The translations under genes were made by a program, and so were the position numbers. Source: Octopus vulgaris (lineage: Eukaryota). From it: a stretch of DNA of 64,000 bases. Below the pieces are notes generated by a model, which saw nothing but the letters and a program-made list of their open reading frames with translations, did not search any database and was not told where the DNA came from. Location: assembly GCA_951406725.2 (NCBI GenBank), contig OX597835.1:36518001-36582000 (forward strand). Reading direction: 5' to 3'. Position 1 is the stretch's first letter; every line of letters starts with the position of its first letter. Below, piece by piece: positions 12,397-23,950 of the stretch.

Positions 12397-13016
12397 AAAA
12401 TGGAGGAACAGAATCCTTTCAATCATCAACTTACAGATAATACCAATTCATATTATTTATTAACTACTTAAATAGGAACATCCAAATCCAACAGAATAAA
12501 ACAATATACATCAATAAGTAAGATAATACCATAAAAATAATACATACAAAATGGATCTTACAGCTGTTTCAGCCTGTAGATAAAGGTATCTCATTGTGCC
12601 TATATGATTCAATACATATGACTAATATAGGCACAACGAGATACCTTTATCTACAGGCTGAAACAGCTGTAAGATCCATTTTATATGTATTATTTTTATG
12701 GTATTATCTTACTTATTGATGTATATTGTTTTATTCTGTTGGATTTTGATGTTCCTATTTAATTAGTTAATAAATTATATGAATTGGTATTATCTGTAAG
12801 TTGATGATTGAAAGGAATCTGTTCCTCCATTTTATTTGTATTATGATTTTGAGGTAAAATATTTTACCTTCGCCCATCTAATACAATAAATGAACTAATT
12901 GCATTGCAATTATAAGCATTTATGTATTTGCCTTTTGGGGGCTTCACCAGCAGTATATTGGATAACTGATATCCCATAGTGGGCTACACTCATAACCACT
13001 ATCTCACTTTGTACTT
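12397..13016. mobile_element. Fold-back element (about 208-bp inverted arms + one-sided tail) in (TA)n; Penelope-like terminal-repeat remnant
   Basis: Arms 12397-12604 and 12625-12833; each has the hammerhead 3' half GAAACAGCTGTA but no CUGANGA; (TA)n on both sides. Confidence 0.65.
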
Positions 13017-13024
13017 TATATATA

Positions 13025-13297
13025 TATATATATATATATACAACGTTATATGGTAGTGAACCATGTGCTACAACAAAGATGGAAGAACAGAGACTGGTAA
13101 TGGCTCAAAGAGCCATGGAGAGGTCCATGCTTGGAATCTCGTTGAGAGAGCACATCAGCAGCGAGGTCATCAGAGAGAAGTCCGGTGTGAGGAATGTCAT
13201 CATAGAATATGCACGCAGCAAGTTTAGATGGGCTGGACACATTGCCCAGCTCACCGATAATTGGTGGCCCCACGCAGTTGTCAAGTGGTACCAATGT
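13025..13297 (+). mobile_element. RTE-clade LINE fragment (C-terminal to RT)
   Basis: AQRAMERSMLGISLREHI...IREKSGV...KFRWAGHI. Confidence 0.82.
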
Positions 13298-13567
13298 GAT
13301 TTTGGTTGTTTTGACTGCTTCTAGCGTGTAAAAATTACCTATTAAAAGTAGTTTTCTCTTTTGTTTAAATGTACACTATTTTATACTGAATTTGTTTTCC
13401 TATTGACTTTTTATACATGCTAGGCCACTGGTGGTGAAATTTCTAGAAATATTCACTACCCTATATAATTTTACGTATATATATATATATATATATATAT
13501 TGCTCAACAGGCACAATACTTTTCATGTTTCTTCTCTCATTCAATTTTTAGTTCATTATATGTAGTT

Positions 13568-13624
13568 TGTGCCTGATGAATATGCTTAATGTGTTTCTCA
13601 ACATATGAAACCATTAGCAGCACA
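13568..13624 (+). ncRNA. Type I hammerhead ribozyme motif, degenerate cleavage triplet
   Basis: TGTGC-CTGATGA-ATATG..CATAT-GAAA-ccattaGCA-GCACA; stems I and II pair, but the triplet is GCA rather than GUH. Confidence 0.6.
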
Positions 13625-13773
13625 TGAAAACATGTATTATGTCTATCAAATAATATTTATCTCTCGCCAGATGGAGTACTTTTTTTCTTGATTTTACTAT
13701 CACAGAACAGTACATTTGCAGACTCTGCTAAAATGAATTCATAAGCACACATATAACATCCAAATGTACATCT

Positions 13774-13860
13774 TTTTCCCTCTGATGATATTGTGCTCTT
13801 GTCACATTAATGTAAATTTAATGTTTATTTAACATTAACTGAAACAGCTGTAAGGGAAGA
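13774..13860 (+). ncRNA. Type I hammerhead ribozyme motif, irregular stem II
   Basis: TTTTCCCT-CTGATGA-...-GAAACAGCTGTA-AGGGAAGA: 8-bp stem I, palindromic stem III, GUA triplet. Confidence 0.65.
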
Positions 13861-14505
13861 TGACTAATTTGCTATTAATAATAAACAATTATTGACTTCC
13901 TAATCTCCATTTTCTTTTCTTTTTTTGTTTAAATGAATATAGACTATATGTTTTTATATACACCTATTATTTTAAGGAAATTCATTCCCCAAAACGACTA
14001 GGTATTGAACCAGTATTTCCTTGGATGAAACCATTCCCTCATGAGGTTTACACATCCTCTCATTAAATTATATATATATATATATATAAACATACATGGC
14101 CTAGTGGTGAGGTGTGTTGCATTTATGATCTTGAGACTGCAGTTTTGATTCTGAGACTGACTCTGCATTGAGTAAACCACTTAATTCCATGTTGTGTCTA
14201 GTCCAATCAGCTGCAAATGGGTAACTCTATGACAGAGTAGCCTTCCAATCAAGGGAAATGTTGGCCTGCTCACCTAGCCAGTGTGTATGTTGGTGGGGGG
14301 GGGGGCATCATTTGAAAGTTTAAATGATGCAAAGTGCATTGTGACCAGTGATGTATAACAACATTCAATACTCTGGTTGATCACATGATATATATATATA
14401 TATATATTGATAAAAACGGTAAGATAACAAAAGAAAGAAAGAGACCTCAATGTTATGTAAATAGAGGAATTTATCTGTAAATGTAATATGTGACAATTAT
14501 TCAAT

Positions 14506-14577
14506 AGCCAAGATAAAACTCTGAGTTTCGGATGCCGAGGTGGAAATCCACAACACCATCTCTTCAGTTATCCGGCC
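14506..14577 (-). ncRNA. Type I hammerhead ribozyme motif
   Basis: GGCCGGATAA-CTGAAGA-GATG..GTGG/CCAC..CATCC-GAAACTCAGAGTT-TTATCTTGGCT; GUU triplet. Confidence 0.75.
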
Positions 14578-14698
14578 AACGGAAAAACGCTATGAAAAAA
14601 GACCGTTATACAATAGCGCTTTTGTATAAATAGCAGTCTATAACACAGTAATTTCACTTTGTATAACGGTCTTTTTTCATAGCATTTTTCCGATGGCT

Positions 14699-14761
14699 GG
14701 ATAACTGAAGAGATGGTGGTGTGGATTTCCACCTCGGCATCCGAAACTCAGAGTTTTATCT
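14699..14761 (+). ncRNA. Type I hammerhead ribozyme motif (sense to the FNTA pre-mRNA)
   Basis: GGATAA-CTGAAGA(14705)-GATG..CATCC-GAAA(14743)-CTCAGA-GTT-TTATCT. Confidence 0.75.
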
Positions 14762-15073
14762 TGGCTACCGAATAATTGTCACATATTATATTTACAGATA
14801 TATATATATATATATGCTTATAGACATAGGTATGGCTGTGTAGTTGTCCAAGGGAAAGACAAAGGCGATACAACTTGGCACCAGTGGCATCACAACTCGC
14901 TTGTACAGCTGAGTGAACTGGAGCAATGTGAAATAAAGTGTCTTGCTCAAGAACACAACACACAACCCAGGCCGAGAATTGAACTTGATACCTCATGATT
15001 GTGAACCCTGTCTCTAACCACTGTGCTATAGATTATTGTATATTTATATTATATGTGTTTATGTTTCTCTTAG

Positions 15074-15184
15074 GCACCATCGTCAGGTCGTTGTTGAGTG
15101 GCTCGATGACCCGTCTGAAGAATTAGCTTTTACAGCTTCCATTCTGAGCCTGGATGCTAAAAATTACCATGCCTGGCAACATCG
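15074..15184 (+). CDS. FNTA: FNTA exon 4
   Basis: ttctcttag acceptor; [36 protein letters not shown](R); GTAAGG donor. Confidence 0.95.
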
Positions 15185-15420
15185 GTAAGGAATCTTGTTT
15201 TTATTTTCAACTTGGAGTTGTTGTGCACTGCCACTTCCATATGCAGTGAGATAGTTAGGCACAGCTGTTTGGACACTGATGGCTTGGCACGGCTGACTGT
15301 GGACATTCAGCCTGTTTTGGCAAACAGTAGGTTTTGGTGTTGACGGTAAACAGACACACAGAGGCAGAAATGTACATGTACCGACAGTAGGAGGGAGAGG
15401 CTGAGAGAGATTACAATTCA

Positions 15421-15828
15421 TTTTTACTCTTTTACTTGTTTCAGTCATTTGACTGCGGCCATGCTGGGGCACCGCCTTTAGTCGAGCAAATCGACCCCAG
15501 GACTTATTCTTTGTAAGCCTAGTACTTATTCTATCGGTCGCTTTTACCGAACCGCTAAGTTACGGGGACGTAAACACACCAGCATCGGTTGTCAAGCGAT
15601 GTTGGGGGAACAAACACAGACACAAACATACACGCTCACATACACACATATATATACATATACATATATACGACAGGCTTCTTTCAGTTTCCGTCTATCA
15701 AATCCACTCACAAGGCTTTGGTCGGCCCGAGGCTATAGTAGAAGACACTTGCCCAAAGTGCCACGCAGTGGGACTGAACCCGGAACCATGTGGTTGGTAA
15801 GCAAGCTACTTACCACACAGCCACTCCT
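15421..15828 (-). mobile_element. SINE family A copy (antisense)
   Basis: Reverse complement of 10197-10622. Confidence 0.88.
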
Positions 15829-17072
15829 TTATTGAACAAGATTGACATAAACACTTTCTCCTCTCCTCAGACACATAGAGTGAAATATGCTCACACACAT
15901 AAACAGAGAGAGACAGGAGGGAGGGGAATGAATGGTGGGAGAAATAGTAATTACAATTTATTAATTGAAATGACTGACGTAAGCACTTTGTCTCTCCTCA
16001 GACACAGAGTCAAATATGCTCCCTCAAAAACAGAGAAAAGAGAGAAAGGGAGAGGGAGGAAGGTATTACGAGTTATTAACTGTACATGAAAGCTTTTTCT
16101 CAAGTGAATTGACACCAGTGCTTACGTTTTAAGACTGGTACTTAATCTATAAATATTTTTTGGCCAAAGCATTTAGTTACAGGACATAAACAAAGCAACA
16201 CCAGTTATCAAGCAGTGGTATGGAGGATAAATACACACACACATATACATATATCATCATCTTTTAAAGTCCACCTATCCATGCTGGCATGGGTTGCATG
16301 GTTTGACAGGAGCTGGCCAGGCAGGAGCCTGCACTAGGCTTTTGTGTCTGTTCTGGCAGGGTTTTCATGGCTGGATGCCCTTCCTAACACGAACCACCAC
16401 ACAGAGAAGACTGAGTGCTTTTTACATGACACCAGCACAGGCGAGGTCAGTTTTGACATGGTTTTTACCACTGGATAGTGGAGGCACATGGCCTAGTGGT
16501 TAGAGCAGTGGACTCGCGGTCAAGGGATCGCGGGTTCGAATCTCAGACCGGGCGATGTGTGTGTTTATGAGCAAAAACACCTAAGCTCCACACGGCTCTG
16601 GCAGAAGGTAATGGCGAACTTCTGATGACTCTTTCGCCACAACTTTCTCTCACTCTTTCCTCCTACATTTTGCAGCTCACCTGCAACGGACTGACGTCCC
16701 GTCCAGGTGGGGAACCTATACACCAAGAAACCAGGAAACCAGCCCTTATGAGCCAGGCATGGCTCGAGAAGGAATAGAATAAAAATTTTAAAATTTTACC
16801 ACTGGATGCCCTTCCAAATGCCTGCTGTTACACAGTGTAGACTGGATGCTTTTGTTGTGGCACCAGCACCAGCAGGGTTACCAAGTAACTTTGCAAAACG
16901 AGGAATCTTTGAGAAGGAAAGGGGCATTGGAGGAGGTGATCTCGTATCAGATGATGAAATGTTAGAGTGTGACAGAGAGGCAGAAACAGGTGTCTTGCTA
17001 TTGAGGAGGTACATGGTTACCCGGCTGTGCTGTCTCACTCTTTTCTCCATTCTCTTATTCTGTCCATTTCAG

Positions 17073-17234
17073 ACAATGGGTGCTAAAGAAGTATTCTCTA
17101 TGGGATCATGAGCTGGACTATGTGGACAAACTCTTAAAGGAGGATCTTCGGAACAACTCAGCATGGAACCAACGCTATTTTGTCATCAACAATACAAAAA
17201 CATTCAATGAGAAAGTAATTGAAGAGGAAATACA
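17073..17234 (+). CDS. FNTA: FNTA exon 5
   Basis: catttcag acceptor; [53 protein letters not shown](Q); GTAAGT donor. Confidence 0.95.
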
Positions 17235-17389
17235 GTAAGTACCATGTCTACCGAATTTTCTGTCTTGCTGTCTATATCTCTATTCCAGTGTCTCTGTCTG
17301 TGTGTCTTGCTCTTCTTGTATACCACTCTGTCTGTCTACCTGTCTATTTATTTAACTATATCTATTCATTTGTGTTTCTAGTTTACTAT

Positions 17390-17797
17390 TTACTCTCTTT
17401 TTACTCTTTTACTTGTTTCAGTCATTTGACTGCGGCCATGCTGGAGCACCGCCTTTAGTCGAGCAAATCGACCCCGGGACTTATTCTTTGTAAGCCCAGT
17501 ACTTATTCTATCGGTCTCTTTTGCCGAACCGCTAAGTGACGGGGACGTAAACACACCAGCATCGGTTGTCAAGCAATGCTAGGGAGACAAACACAGACAC
17601 ACAAACACATACACACACATACATATACATGTATACGACAGGCTTCTTTCAGTTTCCGTCTACCAAATCCACTCACAAGGCATTGGTCGGCCCGGGGCTA
17701 TAGCAGAAGACACTTGCCCAAGATGCCACACAGTGGGACTGAACCCGGAACAATATGGTTGGTTAGCAAGCTACTTACCACACAGCCACTCCTGCGC
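17390..17797 (-). mobile_element. SINE family A copy (antisense)
   Basis: Reverse complement of 23552-23950. Confidence 0.88.
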
Positions 17798-17806
17798 CAA
17801 TTTGTA

Positions 17807-18757
17807 TTGGGTTGTCGCCGGTATTTTTTCATTTAAATTTTTTAAAAGGTTTAATAAAAAATATCAACTAATTATACAATTCTATATTTAAGAGATGAGG
17901 AATTATGTACATTATTTGCAATTGACGGATATTTGTCCTCATCTTGTTTGTTGTTAACGCAACATTTCGGCTGATATACCTTCCAGTCATCATCAGGTAT
18001 CTTGGAGAAATTCTGAACCTGGGTTCTCATTCCTAAGGTACTTTTCAACGACGACGATGGTGATGGTGATGATGATGATGTTTAGATCAATGCCTGGAAT
18101 CGAACAGGGAATCTTGGGGTTAAGAGCGTGGGCTACTAACCCCAAGATTCCGAGTTCGATTCCAGGCAGTGATCTGAATAAAAATAACAACATAAAAAAA
18201 AACCCAGGTTCACAATTTCCCCAAGACACCTGATGAAGACTGGAGGATATATCAGCCAAAACATTGTGTTAACAACAAACAAGATGAGGACAAATATCCG
18301 TCAATTGTAAATAATGTAAATAATGAACAACTAATTAATCAATAATGTATTCACTCTTGTTGTTTATAACTTCTTCCCAACGTTCAACAGGATTTTCAAT
18401 ACCTTGTTGGTAGAAATCACCCGATTTCGACTCGAAAAATCGATCCAACCAAGCTCTGAATTCTGCATCAGTATTGAACAAAATTTCGCGCATAGCATTT
18501 GAAAGAGATCGAAAGAGGTGGAACTCCGTTGGTGCCAAATCAGGAGAGTATGGCAGGTGTGGCAGCACTTCCCAGCCATGCGTTTGAATGGCATCCTTGG
18601 TCATATTGGCAATATGAGGGCGGGTGTTGTGCAGCAGAAGAACTCCATGCTGCCAATTAGGTCTTCTCTCTGGAATAGCCGTGTTGAGTCATTCCATCTG
18701 TTAAACATAGAGTTCCATGTTGACCGTTTGGTTCCATTCAAGCAATTCGTAATGGCT
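17807..18757 (-). mobile_element. Mariner (DD34D-type) 3' fragment split by the fold-back element
   Basis: ORF 18335-18604 with GWEVLPHLPYSPDLAPTEFHLFRSL; TA|TTGGGTTG TIR at 17807. Confidence 0.85.
17875..18327. mobile_element. Fold-back element with tRNA-like head and hammerhead motifs, inserted in a mariner
   Basis: Inverted arms centred near 18125; 10-bp duplication CAACTAATTA at 17865-17874 and 18328-18337; hammerhead motifs at 17956-18001 (-) and 18225-18270 (+). Confidence 0.75.
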
Positions 18758-19126
18758 GAGCACTCCACAGACATGTCTACCCTTAATGTAGTTCTCAAGG
18801 AGATTCAGTATGACACAGATTGTGACAAGGCTGGCCCTTTTGAAATACAGGTACAACAGAAACAAGAAGAAAGAGTGAGAGAAAGTTGTGGGCTGAAACA
18901 CAAACCTGGGAACAAATGAACAACCCAGGTTCAAATCTTGCTGGAGACAGGATTCTGGAAAGCAGGACACCTGGGTAGGCCCTTCTCTCATAGAGTGTCT
19001 GGAAGAAGGGCCAGAACACTTGCCAAATGGGAGCTCTTCCTCTGAAGATCTCTCCTGCTGTGCACTGACCTTGTGATGAGTTTCTGTTGTATGTGTGTAA
19101 CTGATATAATACATTCTATTTTACAG

Positions 19127-19189
19127 ATATGCAATACAATACATCCGGCAAGCCCCACATAATGAGAGTTCTTGGAATTATGTTAAAGG
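19127..19189 (+). CDS. FNTA: FNTA exon 6
   Basis: ttttacag acceptor; YAIQYIRQAPHNESSWNYVK(G); GTAAGT donor. Confidence 0.95.
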
Positions 19190-20149
19190 GTAAGTGCTTC
19201 TATACTATTATTTCATCAACACTAGGGTACTCTCAGTACACACAGTGTACCCTATTTTCCTCATACGGCGCAAAAGGCTTACATCTATTCTTGCTTATCA
19301 TGAGCATTTGGTAAAAAAAAACATGAAGTATGCAGTAAATGGAATTGGTGAAAATGAATGATAGAACATGGAGGAATAATAGGTTTTGTTTCTGAGACAC
19401 CAAGTCGTCCTTGAGCATTGTGAATGGTCACTGGGGCATGCCTCTGCAGGCGAAGCAGAATTTGTGGATGATTGCTGGCCCGTGTCACGACAGGCCAGTT
19501 TGTGATAAGCGTAACATGGTTTAATGAGCATACTGTGTGAAGGCGCATGGCTCAGTGGTTAGAGCGTCGAGCTTACGATCGTGAGGTTGTGAGCTCGAAT
19601 CCTGGACTGGGCTGCATGTTGTGTTCTTGAGCAAGACATTTTATTTCATGTTGCTCCAGTTAACTCAGCTGTAGAAATGAGTTGCGATGTCACAAGTACC
19701 AAGGTGTATCGGCCTTTGCCTTTCCCTTGGATAACATCAGTGCTATGGAGAGGGAGGCTGGTATGCATGGGCGACTACTGGTCTTCCATAAGCCACCTTG
19801 CCCAGACTTGCGACTAGGAGGGTAACTTTCTAGATGCAATCCCATGGTCAGTGTCGTGACCGACGGGGGTCCCGACCCGACCCATTGTTGCAGATCAGCG
19901 ATAAATAAATGAATTAGTGATAAATGAAAGCAAATGTATTCCTGGAGACACAAACACACACACACGTGCAGCAGGCTTCTTTCAGTTTCTGTGTCCAAAT
20001 TCACTTACAAGGTTTTGATTGGTTCGAAACTACAGCCGAAGACACTTTGCCCAAAGTGACACACAGTGGGACTGAACCCAGAACCATGCTGTTGGAATGC
20101 AACCTTCTTAACCACACAGCCACGTCTGCATCTAGAATAACAATTGCTA

Positions 20150-20690
20150 AATATCCAGCGCTGCCTTGACTGGCTTCCATGCCGGTGGCACGTAAAAAGC
20201 ACCAACCAATTGTGACCGTTGCCAGCCTCGCCTGGTACCTGTGCCGGTGGCACGTAAAAAGCACCAACCAATTGTGGCCGTTGCCAGCCTCGCCTGGCAC
20301 GTAATAAGCACCAACTGATCGTGGCCGTTACCAACCTCGCCTGGCACCTGTGCCGGTGGCAAGTAAAAAGCACCAACCGATCATGGCCATTGCCAGCCTC
20401 GCCTGGCCCCCGTGCCAGTGGAAAGTAAAAATCACCAACCGATTGTGGCCATTGCCAGCCACGCCTGGCCCTTGTGCCGGTGGCACATAAAAAGCACCAA
20501 CCGATCGTGGCCGTTGCCAGCGTCGCCTGGCACGTAAATAGCACCCACTACACTCACAGAGTGGTTGGCGTTAGGAAGGGCATCCAGCTGTAGAAACACT
20601 GCCAGATCAGACTGGAGCCTTGGTGCAGCCCCTCTGGCTTCCCAGACCCCGGTCGAACCGTCCAACCCATGCTAGCATGGAAAGAGGACG
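20150..20690 (+). repeat. Interspersed repeat family D with an internal 60-62-bp tandem array (about 7 units) and a ggaagggcatccagc...(GAT)n tail
   Basis: Unit gccggtggcacgtaaaaagcaccaaccgatcgtggccgttgccagcctcgcctggcacct; other copies at about 5600-6015, 11360-11730, 22500-23085, 39760-40095, 43920-44230, 45605-46400, 56095-56570. Confidence 0.85.
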
Positions 20691-20694
20691 TTAA

Positions 20695-20914
20695 CTCTTC
20701 AGCATTCAAACTGGCCATATCCGGCCAAAATATTCCCCCAGTTTTATATTGAAACTGAGCAGATCAGGCCTCTCACACCTACCCTACAATGTCATTTTAA
20801 AACTAAACAATTACATTAGTGAAATCTCTAAACTACAAGATGATGGATGATTAATTTAGCACAAAATAAATAAACAAGCGTAATTTTTGCCAGAATAATC
20901 TGAATACTAAAGGG
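20695..20914. mobile_element. Second piggyBac-like MITE family
   Basis: Inserted at the TTAA of ggacgTTAAacgatgatg; the empty site is seen in other copies of the host repeat. Confidence 0.78.
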
Positions 20915-20975
20915 TTAAACGATGATGAAGATGATGATGATTTCCTTTCTTGTCTCCTCTTGATTTCCATTGTAG

Positions 20976-21147
20976 GATCCTAATACCAAACGGTTTACAC
21001 AATTACCCCCAACTGTTGGATTTCTGTCTGGAACTCTTAGACAACCACATCACCTCCCCGCATCTGCTAGCATGTTTAGTGGATATCTATGAGAGCAAGT
21101 TAGAGAAAGATACTGGAAACAAGGAGATTTTGACGAAAGCACTAGAA
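20976..21147 (+). CDS. FNTA: FNTA exon 7
   Basis: ttgtag acceptor; ILIPNGLHNYPQLLDFCLELLDNHITSPHLLACLVDIYESKLEKDTGNKEILTKALE; GTAAGT donor. Confidence 0.94.
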
Positions 21148-23084
21148 GTAAGTACTGGTTTGGTTTTTCTCTCTTTTATCTTTGTATCTTACTTGTTTCA
21201 GTCATTCCACTGTGGCTATGCTGGAGCACCACCTTGAAGGGTTTCAGTCAAACGAATCAACTCCAGTGTTTATATTTTGTTTTTAAATTTGGTACTTATT
21301 TTTATCGGTCTCTTTTTCTGAAATACTAAGTTACAGGGACATGTTTATGTGGGGCACAAATACATATTTCTTTACTACCCACAAGGGGCTAAACAAAGAG
21401 AGGACAAACGGATTAAGTTGATTATGTGGATCCCAGTGTGTAACTGGTACTTATTTATCGACCCCGAAAGGATGAAAGGCAAAGTCAACCTCGGCAGAAT
21501 TTGAACTCAGAACGTAACGGTAGACGAAATACCGCTAAGCATTTCGCCTGCCGTGCTAACATTTCTGCCAGCTCACCGCCTTTGTGGGGCACAAATACAA
21601 TCACACACACACATACAAAGGTAAATACCCACTTAGGTCATGAATGACCATGGAATTGCGCCTCGAAAGCTGCCCTCTGAAGCATGAGTCCAGGCAAGGT
21701 TGTTTTTAGAAGACCAGCATACCCGCCTCCCCTCTCCACAGCACCAATGGTATCCAAAGGAGAGGCAAAGGGGTTGATACAGTTTGGCACCAGTGAAATC
21801 ATTACTCAATTCTACAGCTGAGTGAATTGGAGCAATGTGAAATAAAGTGTCTTGCCCAAGAACACAACTCACCCCAGGAATCGAACTCACTACCTCATGG
21901 TTGTGAGCCCAACACTCTAGCCACTGAGCCATGCACCTTCACACATATATACATACGTACATATGTATGTATATATAATAAATAATTAATAGCAACAGAA
22001 GCAGTGTGGCAAACACTCCTTGCTTGCCTGTTATATAAACACAAGTGCTTTAATGCACCACAAGCCTATATGAAAGGCCCTGTCATGGCAAATAACACAA
22101 TATCCACTTTAAGTGGGTAATGCGTACAGGAGTGGCAGTGTGGTAAATAGCTTGTTTACCAACCACATGGTTCCGGGTTCAGTCCCACTGCATGGCACCT
22201 TGGGCAAGTGTCTTCTACTATAGCCTCAGGCTGACCAAAGCTTTGTGAATGGATTTGATAAACGGAAACTGAAAGAAGCCCGTCGTGTATATATATATAT
22301 ATATGTGTGTGTGTATGTATGTATGTATGTCTGTGTTTGTCCCCGCAACAGCGCTTGACAACCAATGCTGGTGTGTTTACATCCCTGTAACTTAACAGTT
22401 TGGCAAAGGACTCTGATAGAATTAGTCCCGAGATCGATTTGCTCGACTGAAGGCAGTGCCCCAGCATGACCGCAGTCAAATGACTGAACGAAATAAAAGA
22501 ATGACCAGGACCTCTAGAAATATGCTGTGCTTGAAAAGACTCAGCAAGCGCAAGTGAGACCATAACCTTGTGGCCTATGCCAGAGGTGTAGCCAGTCCAC
22601 TTTCCTTCATTGGACACTAAACTCTGCTTGCAAAGACCTATTGAGGCAAGTGAAATCGAAATCGAAATCAAATTCGATGAATGGCATCGGTGCTAGTAGA
22701 GCGCTAAGAGTACCATACAAGTGAGATCGTTGCCAGAGCAACAAGCTGGCCTCCATGACGATGGCATGTTTACTGGCACTTGTGCAGGTGGCACGTGAAA
22801 AAAAACATTCGAGCAAAGTCGTTGCCAGTGCCGCTGGACTGGCTCCTGTGCATGTGGCACATAAAAAGCACCATTTGAACGTGGCCGTTGCCAGTATCAC
22901 CTAACTGGCCCTCGTGCCGGTGGCACGTAAAAGCACCCACTACACTCTCAGAGTGGTTGGCGTTAGGAAGGGCATCCAGCTGTAGAAACTCTGTCAGATC
23001 AGACTGGAGTCTGGTGCAGCCATCTGGTTCACAAGTCTTCAGTCAAATCATCTAACCCATGCTAGCATGGAAAGCAGACGTTAA

Positions 23085-23363
23085 ATATATGGGAAACTAC
23101 CACCTGTGTCATCTCTTGTGAAAGGTAGGAGAGTCCAGTTTGCTGGACATTGTTGTAGAACTGAAAAAGAGGTAATTTCTACTCTTCTCCTCGGGAAGCC
23201 ATCTACTCGCAATACCAGAGGGCGCACACTCTCCTACCCTGATGTAATCTCCAGGGATACAGGCATCCAGCAACAGGACCTCCGTAATGCCATGATGGAC
23301 CGTGAAGTCTGGCGTAGCATGGTAAATTCCATTGTCTCGACCACAGTCGAACAATGATGATGA
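23085..23363 (+). mobile_element. RTE-like LINE 3' fragment
   Basis: RRVQFAGHC.R...AMMDREVWR followed by a (TGA)n tail. Confidence 0.72.
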
Positions 23364-23551
23364 TAGATATATGTGTGTGTATTTGTCATGTGTCAGTCCA
23401 GAACTATAAAAGACACTTTCCCAAGATGCCATACAGTGGGACTGAACCCAAAACCATGTGGTTGCCAAGTGTCTTAACCACACAGCCATGCCTGCACTTT
23501 TTTTTTTTTTTTACCTTTCCGAAATATGAGAGTGTATAAAAATTAGTTATA

Positions 23552-23950
23552 TAGGCGCAGGAGTGGCTGTGTGGTAAGTAGCTTGCTAACCAACCACATG
23601 GTTCCGGGTTCAGTCCCACTGCATGGCATCTTGGGCAAGTGTCTTCTGCTATAGCCCTGGGCCGACCAATGCCTTGTGAGTTGATTTGGTAGACGGAAAC
23701 TGAAAGAAGCCTGTCGTATATATGTATATATATATATGTGTGTGTCTGTGTTTGTCCCCCTAGCATTGCTTGACAACCAATGCTGGTGTGTTTACGTCCC
23801 CGTCACTTCGCGATTCGGCAAAAAAGAGACCGATAGAATAAGTACTGGGCTTACAAAGAATAAATCCTGGGGTCGATTTGCTTGACTAAAAGGCGGTGCT
23901 CCAGCATGGCCGCAGTCAAATGACTGAAACAAGTAAAAGAGAATAAAAGA
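23552..23950 (+). mobile_element. SINE family A copy
   Basis: Full-length match to 10197-10622. Confidence 0.88.

Larger units (their letters stand above)
14408..14800. mobile_element. Fold-back element (arms 14472-14611 and 14660-14800 + tail) in (TA)n with a hammerhead in each arm
   Basis: Inverted arms seen directly; (TA)n on both sides. Confidence 0.8.

Noticed and set aside
16481-16555. tRNA genes (also 19539, 42330-42401, 55560-55636, 18118)
   Set aside because: Acceptor stems are imperfect and each continues into a shared repeat body, so they are SINE heads.
20150-20545. CRISPR-like repeat array
   Set aside because: Units are head-to-tail with no unique spacers, the context is a eukaryotic intron, and there are no cas genes.
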